This document shows positions 29,197 to 30,118 of a stretch of 30,118 bases of DNA, piece by piece. Every line of letters starts with the position of its first letter. Positions within the stretch are counted from its first letter, which is position 1. Below the pieces are notes generated by a model. It was given only the letters and a program-made list of their open reading frames with translations, did not search any database and had not been told where the DNA came from. Made by a program: the position numbers and the translations under genes. This DNA is from Candidatus Nanohaloarchaea archaeon (GTDB lineage: Archaea > Nanohalarchaeota > Nanosalinia > Nanosalinales > Nanosalinaceae), in contig JBEQBQ010000014.1 of the NCBI GenBank assembly GCA_041639695.1, forward strand, positions 1 through 30,118, given 5' to 3'.

Positions 29197-30117
29197 TTAG
29201 GCTACGTCTCTAACTTTTTCAGCTATCTCTTCTGCCAGCTTGGAGTCAAGTGCTTCCGGTACGATTCTGTCTTTTCTCGGTTCGACGAAGCTCCTTATTG
29301 CTTCAGAAGCAGCCAATTTCATTTCTTCATCGATCTCGGTCGATCGGGCATCTAAAGCTCCTCTGAATATGCCAGGAAATGCAAGAGAGTTATTGACCTG
29401 GTTGTCGAAATCAGATCTGCCTGTGGCAACGATCTCCGCTCCTGCCTCTTTAGCTTCGTCAGGCATTATCTCCGGTTCAGGGTTGGCGCAGGCGAAGACG
29501 ATCGAGTCATCGCTCATCCTTGAAACCATTTCTTTAGATACAATTCCGCCTGTAGAGAGACCGATTAAAACATCTGCATCCTGTACCGCGTCTTCCAGAC
29601 TTCCTGATTCTTCGGAAGCTAGTGTTCTCTCTGCCAGCTCTTTCTTGTACCTGTTTCCTTCATCAGTTCTCAGAATGCCGGAGGAGTCGACAGGCACAAT
29701 ATTTTCGGCTCCCGCATCCAGCAAGATGTTTGAGACAGCTATTCCTGATGCGCCGGCACCCAGCACAACGATTCTGGAGCCCTGCAGCTCCTTTTCGACA
29801 AGCTCGAGGGCGTTTCTCAGGGCCGCCAAAACCACTATGGCCGTCCCATGTTGATCATCATGAAAAACAGGGACATCCAGCATGTCCTTCAGCTCTTCTT
29901 CTATCCGGAAACATTCAGGCGAACTGATATCCTCAAGATTTACACCTCCCAGAGTAGGTGCAATATTTTCAACCGTATCGATCACGTCCTCAGGACTGTT
30001 CGAGTCAAGAACTAAAGGGAATGCATCAACCTCTCCGAACTTCTTGAAGAGATTGCATTTTCCTTCCATCACCGGCATCGAAGCCTCAGGCCCTATATCT
30101 CCAAGACCTAGTACCGC
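29197..30117 (-). CDS. NAD(P)-dependent malic enzyme (5' end outside the window)
   Basis: AVLGLGDIGPEASMPVMEGK, GGVNLEDI, PVFHDDQHGTAIV, GAGASG, ACANPEPEI, ATGRSDFDNQVNNSLAFPGIFRGALD. Confidence 0.95.
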   Translation of the reverse strand, partial: AVLGLGDIGPEASMPVMEGKCNLFKKFGEVDAFPLVLDSNSPEDVIDTVENIAPTLGGVNLEDISSPECFRIEEELKDMLDVPVFHDDQHGTAIVVLAALRNALELVEKELQGSRIVVLGAGASGIAVSNILLDAGAENIVPVDSSGILRTDEGNRYKKELAERTLASEESGSLEDAVQDADVLIGLSTGGIVSKEMVSRMSDDSIVFACANPEPEIMPDEAKEAGAEIVATGRSDFDNQVNNSLAFPGIFRGALDARSTEIDEEMKLAASEAIRSFVEPRKDRIVPEALDSKLAEEIAEKVRDVA

Positions 30118-30118
30118 T

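Overview
Archaeal DNA with a strongly acidic (salt-adapted) proteome, moderate GC, tightly packed and mostly leaderless genes, most consistent with a nanohaloarchaeon (DPANN); this assignment is inferred. Housekeeping genes: tyrS (5'-truncated), serS, topA, a four-gene chorismate-to-Phe/Tyr operon (chorismate mutase, pheA, class I aminotransferase, tyrA), radB, cdc48, a zinc-finger/TM/DsbA protein with a CxxC membrane partner, map, and a truncated malic enzyme. Two things stand out. (1) A two-gene operon: a 383-aa coiled-coil protein followed by a ~3780-aa secreted, single-pass surface protein (two Gly-rich head domains, 16 disulfide-type C-x10/11-C repeats plus one Cys-less copy, many Ig-like domains) fused on its cytoplasmic side to a HerA/FtsK/VirB4-type P-loop ATPase, with a 1-nt frameshift near the 3' end. 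(2) Two paralogous minus-strand cassettes (2812-3710 and 9309-10684), missed by the ORF track, with the same layout: TATA, AGGGTGGACG motif, 40-45-codon micro-ORF with hydrophobic or poly-Leu tail, 24-25-codon Thr/His-rich leader ORF translationally coupled to two acidic orphan genes. A third copy of the motif sits upstream of serS.
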